From NCBI GenBank assembly GCA_024626585.2, contig JANKJI020000004.1:103281305-103304134 (forward strand): DNA of 22,830 nucleotides, in the 5' to 3' direction. Shown piece after piece: positions 1 through 11,913 of the stretch. The notes beneath the pieces are model-generated. The model saw nothing but the letters and a program-made list of their open reading frames with translations, searched no databases and had not been told where the DNA came from. Source of the stretch: Ginkgo biloba. Its lineage: Eukaryota; Plantae; Ginkgophyta. Numbering within the stretch: position 1 is the first letter of the stretch; each line of letters starts with the position of its first letter. A program made the position numbers and the translations under genes.

Positions 1-2250
1 CTTACATATAATACATCATTAAAGGAGGAGAGGTATGGTATCAATGGTTGATAACTGGTGGAGGGACGCAAACTCCTAAGAGGATAATATGGAATCCATA
101 GAATACATTATGAAAATTATGTATACATTTATACTTAATTAGATTATTATGGTAGTATGAGTGGTTGTTATGATATACGATTAGGTACTTATGCCAATTA
201 CACTAATGTATGTGTAGGAAAATCCTCTTAGGAAGGATTGTAAGTGATTCCATGTTCTTGCATATATTTAAGGCCCTTAGCCCAAGATCATTAATTATTT
301 TTGTAATAGATATCTTCATAACACTAATAATATCATACTAGATACTCATTAGGATCATATTATTTCGGGTTTTATATTTTCCTCTTATTTTTATTAAAAC
401 CTCTACTATGGTTTCACCTATTACTATTGTTGTTCCTTCTATTTGGATTGGGATTTTAGTTTGGTTTTAGTTGGTGGGAGAATTAATAGGAGAGTTGGGA
501 TGTCTATTTTATTGTTTGGTGATAAATTTTATTTGGTACTCTTATGGTTGAGTGGGGTTTGAGGTAGAAACATACCCCAAAACATCTTGTTTATAAGATC
601 AATTGGATTAAGGCTTAAAATGGATTCAAGTGATCCCATCCCAAACTACTTAATAATTGGCTGGATTAGTTTGGAATATGTATGAAAAATATGGAGAAGG
701 TAATCTGGATCAATATGTATATATTTAATAACATTAATATGTACTAATCATTTAAGGAAAATATTAAGAAACAAGGCTTCTTAAATTTCATATTCTTCAT
801 CCATAAGTTTTTTCGTTATAAAATGAAATGTATGTTGAGGAAGGAGACTTTATATATATCTTTGAACAACCTATTNNNNNNNNNNATATATAGGGTAAAT
901 TGGCTCTAGATATCTTCTAATGTTTAATATATTGGATAATTAAGATGTGAGGACTTTTCTTCATCATAGTTAAAATTTTGGTAGCATCTAAAAAAGGCAC
1001 ATAAGAATCAAACCTTTTAATAAATCTATCCCTTAATTAGTGTAAGGAAGATAAGGAATTATGGGAAAATCATGTGAGATACATAGAAAATTCCTTAGGT
1101 AGGGATAATTGGAACAACCTTAATCTAATAGAATCACCATAAGTATGAGAATTTTACCATATCTTAAGTTTAGTTAGGTGATGATGAGTATTCTCATCAT
1201 CCATTCCTAAGATATTAGGAATGGAGGAAATTGTTTTTTTATATAAAGGTGGCCAAAATGGATATTGGATGATTAGGTAATTTATTAATAAAATTATCAT
1301 AGAAGATTTAAAACCTTACAAGTAAGGTAAACATGACTATTGTTGGACTTGAGAAGGGGATGGACTGAAATTTTCTCCCAATAAGTTTTGGGATGATTCA
1401 TTTAGTGGATTGTGAAAAGGTGGAATATTTGGTATAGACCCATAAATTATTTTTAAAGGTGTATTCCTATAGGTATTGCATGGAAAATTACCATAGGATA
1501 AGAATGGGTTTCCATATTTTCTATGGAGGATTTCATTAGACCATAGTAAGATTCCTATAAATGGGATTTATCTAATAGATTGATATGGGGGTTTGAGTTA
1601 TGGGATGGATTATGGAATAAATTGGCTAAAGAGTTGAGTATAGAATTAATAAGTAATATTACTATAAACGAATGATTAGGCGCCCCTTACCCACAAAATA
1701 GAGAGGAAAAAAAGTGGTGCACCACTAGTTAGGTTAGATGAGGCTTTCTTAATTGAAGATGAGGGGAAAAAAATGGAGGAGTGATACTTAATTGATATGG
1801 CGATAGAGGGTAAAAATTATATAATGAAACTAAATGTGGAGTGTGTCCAATGGATGTAATAGGGATATTACCTAAAAATGGAGGATGATAAACTAGTGAG
1901 GATAAAATGGGCATTCTTATGGAAGAAGAGAAACTAATAGGGGGTACCACATTTACATATCATAATGTGATTGATTATAGGATATATATCTTAAGTGGAT
2001 CAAAGATAATTGACATAGTTAATTGATAATTAAAATAAATAATATTCAATTAGATTTTATCCCATTATTTAAAAAAGGGATGAAACATCCAAGGGACTAG
2101 AGATGCTTGGTTGAGTAACTATGGAGCCTTGAACCATAGGGTAGGAAAACATAAGGCATATTGGACCATAAATAATGATTTTTAGAATCACATAAGGAAG
2201 GAATATATGTGGTATTTATACCTTATGAAGGAATATAAGAAGTGGAAACA
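1..2250 (+). mobile_element. Highly decayed L1-type LINE remnant (endonuclease-like and C-terminal RNase H-like fragments)
   Basis: Manual translation across stops and frameshifts: ~1050-1120 DKELWENHVRYIENSLGRDNWNN (cf. APE endonuclease 'LW..L...W..GGDFN'); ~1265-1295 G*LGNLLI (cf. RLDRFL); ~1824-1850 MKLNVE (cf. plant L1 RNase H 'KLNVDG') followed by a G..T.N-like stretch. Boundaries approximate. Confidence 0.4.
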
Positions 2251-2459
2251 AAGGAAATCAAATATGAATGTGGATACCCAACTCTTGGAGTCACGTAGGT
2301 AGATTGTTTGATATGATTCAAAGGAGGATCTTCGCCAATAAGAAAAAAATGAGGTATGGAATGAAAAAAAATGTTTAATTCAAAATATTTAGGGGATGAG
2401 AGTAAATATAATAATTGATTCTTAGGAAGTATAGTTAGAGGATTAATGGAATTTTCAAC

Positions 2460-3639
2460 CAATTATGAGGGTGAAGAAGACCCATATAATTGGTTATAAA
2501 AGGTCTTATACAAAGGTGTTTCCATAATATGAACACTACGGAAAATAGAAAAGGTGAAGACTTGGGTCATGAATTATAGTTAAGAATAATGAAAAGAAGG
2601 AATAAGGTAAGGAGTATTTTGAGAACATGAAGAATAAATATCCACATCCTTATACTCACTAGTGATTTCTACCCTATCTAAATCATAATATTGGGAGGTC
2701 ATNNNNNNNNNNNNNNNNNNNNNNNNNNNNNNNNNNNNNNNNNNNNNNNNNNNNNNNNNNNNNNNNNNNNNNNNNNNNACATGAGGTATAAAGGATTGCA
2801 TGATCACTAATCACAAATAGGACTAGATAATGGTCTAACTAGGCATGGAATTTTGGTTGATTTTCTAAGAAATTTAAGGCCTAAATTTTAACCAAATGTA
2901 TAGGGCAAACATAAAAGAAAACATAATCAGTAGAAAGAGGAGAAAATAAATAGCCAATAAAAATGATAAACGATGGGTAAAGGGGGATTATTATATTTGT
3001 AATTTATTTCATAAAAATAAAAAGAACTTGTGCAAAGTAGGAAAATGATGGAAATTTTAAAAGTGCTAAAATTTTTTACAATAATTAAAAAACAAAATGG
3101 AATCTAAAATTAATATAAAAACTAAAAATGCAAAAAACTTAAGATTGTAAAAATTATAATTTTTTCTTAGAAGGTGGGAATGGGCATACAACATAAAAAA
3201 TAGGCGGAAAAGGAATCCAAAAAAGAAAAAAACCAAATAGACTTGGAAAAGTATAGTGTTAGAATAATCATTTGTATAGGGTGAAATGCAAATGTAAAAA
3301 AATCATGTTGGAAACATGACATTGTATCAAAATGAAAAGAAGGAATTATGTAGGAAATAGGTATTAGTATCATTCAATAAAAGGCATGGAATGTGAGAAA
3401 AAGGCATAGTGCACTAGGAAAAAATTCATGATGCAGGAAGTGATAAAAAAGTTCCAAATATTTCACGAATATGAAACAAAACAAACCTATGAAAAAAATG
3501 AAAGTGACTCTAACAACATACATATTAGTGAGGATTAAGGTAAGATTTCTTAGAAAATATGTATAAAACATAATATAGTTGGAGATTATATGAATTCCAA
3601 TTATTTCCTCTATAGATAATATAAATAGGATGAAATAAA
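2460..3639 (+). mobile_element. Decayed Ty3/Gypsy gag-protease remnant
   Basis: 2464-2500 YEGEEDPYNWL*KV (retrotransposon Gag 'F.G.EDP..WL' motif); ~3342-3440 frameshifted ELCRK...AW...RH.ALGK (cf. Gypsy 'ELRRK.LCF.C.E.W..GH.C.GK'); then a protease-like stretch before the gap at 3640. Interrupted by a gap and an AT-rich segment. Confidence 0.5.
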
Positions 3640-4139
3640 NNNNNNNNNNNNNNNNNNNNNNNNNNNNNNNNNNNNNNNNNNNNNNNNNNNNNNNNNNNNN
3701 NNNNNNNNNNNNNNNNNNNNNNNNNNNNNNNNNNNNNNNTTGGGTATGACTGATGGAGTAGCACCTACTTGAATATTCATAGGAGGTGGATTTATGGCAT
3801 CAAATAAATTTGGGCCTCATCTCACAAATAAGAAAGGGGAAAATTCAGCTCCAAGAAACTGGGCACGATGATGGTAAAAGTGAATGCCACTTGTAATTGT
3901 ATTAGATAGATTTTTTGTTCGATTTCATTGACTTGATGGTATTGGGGGTGCACCATCTTGTTTTTGGTTCTCTGAAGGAAGGAGAAGAGCCATTGAAAAG
4001 TCATTATCTTCGAAGATTGAGTTTTATTCACCTGATGTTAAAAAAAAAATTCCTCTAAAATAGATTTTATATAGTCTAGCTAAATAACATTTATATGTTA
4101 GGGAAGATCTATGTCTAAACCATTGAATAATGATAGTTC

Positions 4140-5257
4140 ATTCAACTTAAACTTACTTACATTAAATAATAGATATATACCCATGTAAGGAGGAAAATAT
4201 AAATGGAAGGCAATCTTTTTAAATTGCTCCAAGATAGTATATGGACCATATCAAAGTGTTGTAATATTTTGATCCTTGTCCTTGAACCTCTCCTTAGGTA
4301 AATAAATATAAAAATTTTCCACAACCTAAAAAATATTATTTTCTTAATGTATTTAAATTAATTCTTTATACTTGTATTATTCCCTTTGCAAATCCTCATG
4401 AACCTCCTTTTGCACCTTCTGAATGTTCTCAATAAAGTGTGAATATTATACATGTGCATTATTCTTGGAAGAAGAAGAATAAGTGGAATATGGAATTAAA
4501 AGGTGAAAATAAATAAGTTATTTTGGGAAGAAATCCTAAACAAGTCTCAAAAGAAGATAAGAAAAGTGATAAATGAAGAGCCCCATTGCAATTATGCTAA
4601 ATGTAAGAAAGGGACTCATACCAATTATTGTGATGCTTATGATTGAATATCCACAAGGAATAAACCAATTTATAGNNNNNNNNNNNNNNNNNNNNNNNNN
4701 NNNNGGGTTAAATAAATATGAATTCTTTATATTTGTGTCCATCATCCCATAAAGGTTGGTCCAATAGTAACTAAGAAACTTTCTATTTTGATTAGAAACC
4801 ATAGAGGAATGAAAACCATAATGAACTCAAATATGTATGAAGTATTATTTTACAACATATGATGTGTATATATCCTTGTCATATGCCATCAAAATGGTCA
4901 TTTTACTAAATCATCTTATATCCATATAGATATAGTCATAAACATATTGGTCTAGAGATAACCCTCCTAAGAACCCCAAGGAAAGAGATTCCCATGGATA
5001 CTATAGTATTGAAAGTGGTTGATTTTTTGTAAGAATCCTATTGGAATTCTTTGAAATGTAACAAAGTGAGCATGATAAAATATATCACTCCATATAAATG
5101 AGTATATTTTTCTAATAAAAGTATCATTAAAGATGTAATAAATTCCTCTTAATCTCAAATTTCCCAACCACCCTATAGTGATATGAGTCTATGATCAATT
5201 GAGTCTTAAAACATGCACTAGGTATATAGATAAAAACTAATAAATATAATAAACCAT
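4140..5257 (-). mobile_element. Decayed Ty3/Gypsy integrase (zinc-finger, core and GPY/F module)
   Basis: Collinear minus-strand motifs: HYRVVGKFEIKR (cf. H...GHFG..KT), PWESLSLGFLGGLS (cf. PWESISMDFVGGLP), FSKMTILM (cf. DRFSKMA), VSNQNRKFLSYYWTNLYGMMDTNIKNS (cf. IVSDRD.RFLS.FW..LW...GT.L..S), GMSPF, and YGPYTILEQFKKIAFHLYFPPYMGIYLLFNVSKFK at ~4143-4250 (GPY/F module). Many stops and frameshifts. Confidence 0.8.
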
Positions 5258-5689
5258 NNNNNNNNNNNNNNNNNNNNNNNNNNNNNNNNNNNNNNNNNNN
5301 NNNNNNNNNNNNNNNNNNNNNNNNNNNNNNNNNNNNNNNNNNNNNNNNNNNNNNNNNAGGTATTTCTTTAGAGGAGGCACCCAATTCGCCTACTACCCTT
5401 TGATTTATTTGTCCTAGTATTTTAGCATAGGAGGCACCCTTTTTTCCTACTACTCCTTGTTTTCTCCTACCTTTAGTATCTTCAACGGCTTATATAGATG
5501 ATCTTCTCACTCCTATTTTCTTTAGCTCTTCATTGTGTCACCTTAATCTTTTCTCTCTTGCTTCCTTGGACATCCCCTAATCTTTTAATCCCTCATCCCA
5601 ACATCCCTTAGCCCATGATGTCATAAGCGTTCCCTTCATACTTTCTTGCCTTTTCCATAGGTCATATTTTATATATCTAATGAGAAGCT

Positions 5690-6338
5690 CAGGGACTAAT
5701 TTCAAGAACAACTCATGTATTGGTGTGTAGAATTCTTCATGTGTTTTGTCAATCGGCTAGTGATTTTGGAGTGTTGTATCCCAACAATATTTCTCATAGA
5801 CTTTGTTCCAAAAATATTTTGTGGTCTATTTTACTTTGTTAGGATCTAACAGTTTACCCTATCAGTCAATCACTACTCTATCGGTGAGGACTCCAAATGC
5901 TTCTCGACTTTGTCATTGTGAACTTTCTCTATCGTTCATCGCTCCTCCACTTGAACACACATTGGCTATCTCTGAGAGACTATCTATGTATAGATTTGGA
6001 CTAGAGTGTGGACAATGAATTCCTCATGAGTGTCAGTAAAGAATTTCTCTCAAGCCTCCTTCAATGAAATGTTACATTGTTGAGCATAAAATCGAATGTA
6101 TTTGTTAATCTTACTGAACCACTAGTCGAATATCTTATCGTAAAGAGAATATTATTCTATCAATGTTGACTACTTTTAATCTATGGGTGAAGTCATGAAT
6201 AACTCCATCGGTGTCAGTTTCTTCATATTTTTGTCAATAATCCACTTCCTTCATCTGTTTTCTCCATGTGCTTTACATTGATGGTGTTTTTGGCAATGGT
6301 AGTGTTTTTGCTTGTCGGTGACTCAAATTCATTCATAT
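5690..6338 (-). mobile_element. Internal (5' leader/gag) region of the LTR element downstream of the PBS
   Basis: Contiguous with the PBS and LTR on the minus strand and retains CG dinucleotides like the LTR. No intact ORF. Left boundary uncertain. Confidence 0.4.
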
Positions 6339-6350
6339 GCAATGGTGCCA
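6339..6350 (-). promoter_or_regulatory. Primer-binding site, decayed tRNA-Asp type (Athila/Tat-like Gypsy)
   Basis: Minus strand reads ...TTAACA-TT-TGGCACCATTGC, which equals the canonical TGGCGCCGTTGC with both CG changed to CA. It lies 2 nt after an LTR-terminal CA. Confidence 0.65.
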
Positions 6351-6352
6351 AA

Positions 6353-6849
6353 TGTTAAGCATAAGGTATGCCTAATGGGTGTACAGTGGATTCCTATTAT
6401 TGTATACTTAACCACATTCATATCATCTCATTAACATTACACAACTATACACAAACTTGAGGAAAACCATCCAAGCCATTATATTCATAAGAAAATACCA
6501 ATATAGCATACATTACATCCAAGGTGTGTCATATCTACCCTCTACTTCCTATCTATTTCTTACAACATTTATATACACAGAATGCAGATGATTACATAAA
6601 CACCACAGAAGTTACAATTGACACGTAGGTTGGTGAAATTTATTAAGGTTTGGAGTTGGCGTAAAAAATATGCCTCTGTCAAAGTTGGTGGCGTTTGGCA
6701 GTGAGCTTGCCTATGGTTCTTCTCTGATGTGATTCAGAAGCCCAACTCACATTGGTTCCTTTAGAACAACTAGTTGATCTGTCAGTGTCTATCCACTTCC
6801 TCTCTAACTCTTCATCAGTGTCGGCTAAGGCTGTATCCAACTTTCATCA
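6353..6849 (-). mobile_element. Probable 5' LTR (~500 bp) of a Gypsy element
   Basis: Minus strand begins TGATG (6849) and ends TTAACA (6353), directly followed by the PBS. Internal TATATAAA at 6568-6575 (minus) is followed by a GT-rich U5-like tract. The 6849 boundary is inferred. Confidence 0.6.
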
Positions 6850-6999
6850 AATTCTCATCTAATAGTGATTTTGAAATCCTTCTATAAATAGTGAAGAGGA
6901 AATAATTCTACTTCTTGATAAAGTTGAATATGAAGTCCACCAAAAAAATTAACCATTTTCTCCTTATACTATTGAATGTCTAATTAAATGGGAGGGTAT

Positions 7000-8050
7000 T
7001 AAAATTATTCATAATAGTCCTCCAATGTTTGTCCCACATTTTTTAAAGGTGTAATGATTTTAGATATAGTTCATATTTATATTTGGGGGGTAAACATTAT
7101 GTCTAAGTTCTTTCTTTAAGTAAAACCATAATAAGGCAAGCTGTTTTTTCTCCTACTTCCCATCCTTGAAATAGGATTCCCACCAATGTAAATCCTTCCT
7201 AGGCATTTGTAGGTATTAAATATGATTTTTTACATGTTAGTATATTATTTTAAGAATAAAAAACCTCAAAGGATTGAATCCATGACTACAAGGATTTGGA
7301 ATTCATTTTCCCATAAGAAAATTTAATTTATTCACTAGATAATTCACCCAATAAGGGTTATATACCAAATTTATACTCACATTCATAACATGATAAGTAT
7401 TGATAGAATAAGTAATGGTATGAGTAGGATAACTTGGAACCAATGGATTTTGTTATAATATTACTACTGCTAATATTTGAGTCTTAATTTTAGACATAAG
7501 GATTATAAAATATATCATGAGAAGATGCCCCCTAGGAGGCTAATTTATTCATACAATAACATCTAGAATTAGTAAATATTTGAGGGAAAATATTTTTTGA
7601 AGGGGAGGGGCATGTAATANNNNNNNNNNNNNNNNNNNNNNNNNNNNNNNNNNNNNNNNNNNNNNNNNNNNNNNNNNNNNNNNNNNNNNNNNNNNNNNNN
7701 NNNNNNNNNNNNNNNNNNNGATCTAATATGGATATGGATAAATACAATAATGATATGAATCACATTGCAATTTAGTTTAGTAAGTAAACATTGGAAAATC
7801 ATATGTATGGGAACTCTACCATATCCTAAATGTAGTTAGATGATAATGAGGGTTTTTATCATTTATTATTATAAAATTAAGAACGGAAGAGAGTATTTAC
7901 CTATGTAAAAGTGGATAGAATGGATCCTAAATGATAGGATTATTTATAAGACAAATAGTGAAATATAAGCCAACTCCCTTAAGGTATTATAAATATGGTT
8001 CCTATTGACTAATAATAGGATGATGTATATTTGAGTAGTCAATGAAAACA
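7000..8050 (+). mobile_element. Decayed Gypsy pol fragments (RT thumb; integrase start)
   Basis: ~7179-7216 PTNV/SFLGICRY (cf. VRSFLGL.GYYRRF). After the gap, ~7789-7815 HWKIICMG (cf. W..I.MDF) and a later YG.P-like stretch. Confidence 0.45.
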
Positions 8051-8773
8051 ATTAGGGATTTTTTTGTATAAAAAAAAAAAAAAAGTACTTATTGAAATGG
8101 TTGGTTAAGTACCCATTGATATTGTTAATGTTATAACCCTTTTTTGCACCCTTACATTTGAATTACTAGTATAATATATTTTCATATAGTTATGATAATA
8201 TTTAGATTTATATTGCATATATTTCACACAAGTCATAATATCATTAATTCCATATTTTCAGTTGATTATGTAAAATTTCTCATTTGGTCACTCCCACCTT
8301 TTGATCCATCGCATATTGCTTTCATATGATCATTATCTTTCCATATGGTCCTTTTGAAAATAATGGACCATGGATTTAAGTATATACATGAGGATTCACG
8401 AGTTCCCTTGAAGAAGAATGAACATCAAAGATTAAATCAAAAGTGGATCATGACCTCAAGAAGCTTGAATTTAATAATGTGATATACTATGTTAATATTA
8501 TTATTTTTTGCAATGATCAATTCCATGAGGATTATTTCATAATGTAAATACCCATATTTTATAAAGTCAAAAGGAGGAATATTTATTAAAACATATACAC
8601 TAATACATAAAGGCTCTCATCTTTGTTTCAAGAATATATATTAGATAGATTACTTGAGAAGATTTGGAACTAGTTAAATATTCATATATCATAAGGATTT
8701 CATAAAGGGTTTTCATCTTGAATGAATTTGAACCACACACATAGGCACAAAAAAAAAAATTTAAATTGTATGG

Positions 8774-8804
8774 TGTTAAGCATGTGAGTGCCTAACGGGT
8801 GCAC
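8774..8804 (-). repeat. Second copy of the same LTR-family 3' terminus, truncated by a gap
   Basis: TGTTAAGCATGTGAGTGCCTAACGGGTGCAC resembles 6353-6384 TGTTAAGCATAAGGTATGCCTAATGGGTGTAC. No PBS is adjacent. Confidence 0.5.
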
Positions 8805-9749
8805 NNNNNNNNNNNNNNNNNNNNNNNNNNNNNNNNNNNNNNNNNNNNNNNNNNNNNNNNNNNNNNNNNNNNNNNNNNNNNNNNNNNNNNNNNNNNNNNN
8901 NNNNAAGTGTTCAATTTTGAGAACCTTCAAAAAGCGAGTTTGAAGTTGTCCTAAAAGCTAGAAATTTCTAGATTCATTTTGTAGACATTTCAAAAAAAAT
9001 ATAAAGTTTTGGTAAAGCATTCAACATGATCTTAAGAAAACATTTATACTTTTAAAAATTTTATATCAACACACACATTTTAAAAAAATAATTCTAATTA
9101 TTCTGGGCTCAAAACATATTTGAAAAGATCAATAAAAGTTCAAATAGAGCTTTGGATTCATTTTTGAGGTAGTTATAATAATTGTGAAAATTTTGCCACT
9201 AAGTTCATGATTTTAGGTAGCATTTTTATAAATTAAAAAAGTTCATATTCTCTTATCCTAAAATAATATAAGTACAATCAAATTTGTACATTGTATGACC
9301 CCAAAATCATAACAAAACTATAAGCATAAAATTTGGGGGAAAATTTAGGGTTTTCACTAGTGGTGATTAAAAAAAAAGTAATTTATCATTTTTTTACATT
9401 TTTTTCTAAAATTATTTTTCTATAGTTATAAATTTTAGTAAATTATAGTGAAGTATAAGAAAAATTGATCTCAAATAATCTTAGAAAAATATCATGACAC
9501 TAATTCATGATTTATTATTCATTTTAGAAATTTATTTTCTTGCTAACTTTATTTTTTATAATCCTTCCCTACTTTAAGCAAGAACTTTTAATTCTGTTTG
9601 AAAATTTTAAATGTTTTGCATTTTATTATGTTATTAGTTAGGAAACATTATATTAAATTATCCCACCTAAGAATTTAAAGTTATCTTAAATTTTTTTAAT
9701 AAAAGGAACTTAGAATAACATCACTTTTTTTTCTAAGTGTACACTAATA

Positions 9750-10717
9750 TTTTATAAGGGTGGAATTTGTTTCTTAAACCATCCCATTATAAACAATGCC
9801 TTAAATATATAAGTATAGAATAATTTAGGATTTGGGTGGGATATTTTTAGATACTTATCCTAATGTGGAGGAAAATCCAATTTGCATTAACCTATTATTG
9901 GGAGAACCCTTTTGGTCAAGGATTAGGCCCCTCAAAGGGAACTTGATATGATAACATCCTTGATAGGTATATAATGAGTAATATAATGACATAATTATGA
10001 TAAGTATATGAACATATGAATAATTTAATTAACCTCTATTCAAACTAATTGATATAATTGGTTCCTAGGATTCATTTATAGTTTTCCTTCCTTTTGTCTT
10101 ATGTTCCCCAACCAAGGTTTTTACTTATAATTATTTTTTACCCTAGGATTTTTAGAGGATTTGATCACCAAATCTCTCTTGGGTCCTAATTATTTTACTT
10201 GTTAGCCATTTCATGTGCTCCTTGCAATAAAATTCCTTCTCACTTGAATTACATTTCCATTCTAAATTTAAAAAGGAATATAATTTTTATATTAACACTT
10301 CACAAATAATAATCACACTTCCCCGTCAATGTTTCTTCAATTAGATTTCTTTTTCTAGATGGTTTCTTTATGTTTTATGTTCATAGAATTTAGTATCACT
10401 TATAAATTATAAAATCATTATTATAAATAAGACACAATTCCATGCCCAACTAGACCACTTAATTTTCCTATTTGCAAGATAAATTTTCACCATATTATAG
10501 GATCAACCACTAGATTTTTGAGATGTCTTAGAGGAATTTAACCTTTAGTAACTTTGGACGCAACTTCACAATGAATAGACATATCTTAAATTGATATTGA
10601 TCTTGATAATATATAAGGTCAGTAAGAACCTAGAGAAGATGATCCTAATATTCCTCATTTCATAAGACCTATATTCCCTTTAAATAATTAATGACCAAAG
10701 AGTTTACTTTTTAATTT
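9750..10717 (-). mobile_element. Possible decayed Gypsy RT/RNase H remnant
   Basis: Minus-strand NSSEKEFYCKEHMKW (~10205-10252; cf. YS..EKEL.A....KW) and weak VDP and KLSGLVG-like stretches upstream in the expected order. Very degenerate. Confidence 0.3.
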
Positions 10718-11882
10718 NNNNNNNNNNNNNNNNNNNNNNNNNNNNNNNNNNNNNNNNNNNNNNNNNNNNNNNNNNNNNNNNNNNNNNNNNNNNNNNNNNN
10801 NNNNNNNNNNNNNNNNNAAACTCCTCTTCACAGACAACAAAGGGTTGAAGTTATAAAGAAGAGAAGAGAACATATCATAAAGAAACCCCTTCAGGATTGA
10901 AGAGAAATAAGACATTGTAGCACCAGAGAGAACAAATAAAAAGCCAAAAAGGCCCCCCACAGAGCCAAATTACAAGCTGAGGCACCCCACAATAGGTCAT
11001 CCCCGACGACCAACTAATGTCAAACTTTGAATCCAATGAAGAAGATGAAGGAAAATGGCCCCAAACTGCCACAACTGAGAACTAAAGGAAAACTAAGTGA
11101 CCAAAGCAGATAAAACCATCGAGCGCTCTGAAATGGAGAAAAAGGGAAAGATGAAGCCTCGTCGCCACTAGAGAGACTAGGGCTAGGATGCATAGCTGAA
11201 TGGAAACTCAATCTAAGAACCTTCAAGGGGTATTAGAGTGTAAAGACTGCTAAAGCTTAAATTCCTCCAATACGAATCCGCCGTCCAAAACTCATTTGCC
11301 TCTATAGGGTAAAACCCTAGCAGAGAAACAACCCACTTGTCATCTTGTCCAAGGATGTTTGGCTTGTATTTTCATTCTATTATTTATAAATTTTATATAT
11401 GTTATTATATTTCTACATTTCTTATCATTTTGAGAAATTTTTTAGTAGTAATTTCCACTTGTACTTCTATAATATCTTAAAATTTTATAGCTTGTAAGAA
11501 ACTCTAAATTTGATTATTATTAATATTTAAGAAGTAAATACCCAAATATACAAACTTTGTTAATATTATATTATGTAAAAATAATAAAGGATTGAAAGGG
11601 GACCCTTCTCCAACTATTTATTAAGTATTGGGACCTGGTATAAAATCTAATGGGTTAGGTCCCCAAGGATCATGAAATTTTAACCCCTTTTTATTTATAG
11701 TTTGTTATATATACTGTTATCTTTTTTGTTATTAAGACTTTTTCAATAGATAATTCCATTATATAAGAATATACTTCCATTATATATATTGTTTTATCTA
11801 TTCCTCCCTAAGAGATTACTATGAAATCATATATGGGCCTACAAGGAGATATTACCTCTCTTAATAGCTATGACTTTCCCAT

Positions 11883-11907
<25 letters not shown>
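11883..11907. repeat. (TA)12 microsatellite
   Basis: Perfect TA dinucleotide run read directly. Confidence 0.95.

Positions 11908-11913
<6 letters not shown>

Noticed and set aside
8905-9700. AT-rich segment resembling a DNA-transposon subterminal region
   Set aside because: No terminal inverted repeats, TSD or transposase motifs could be identified.
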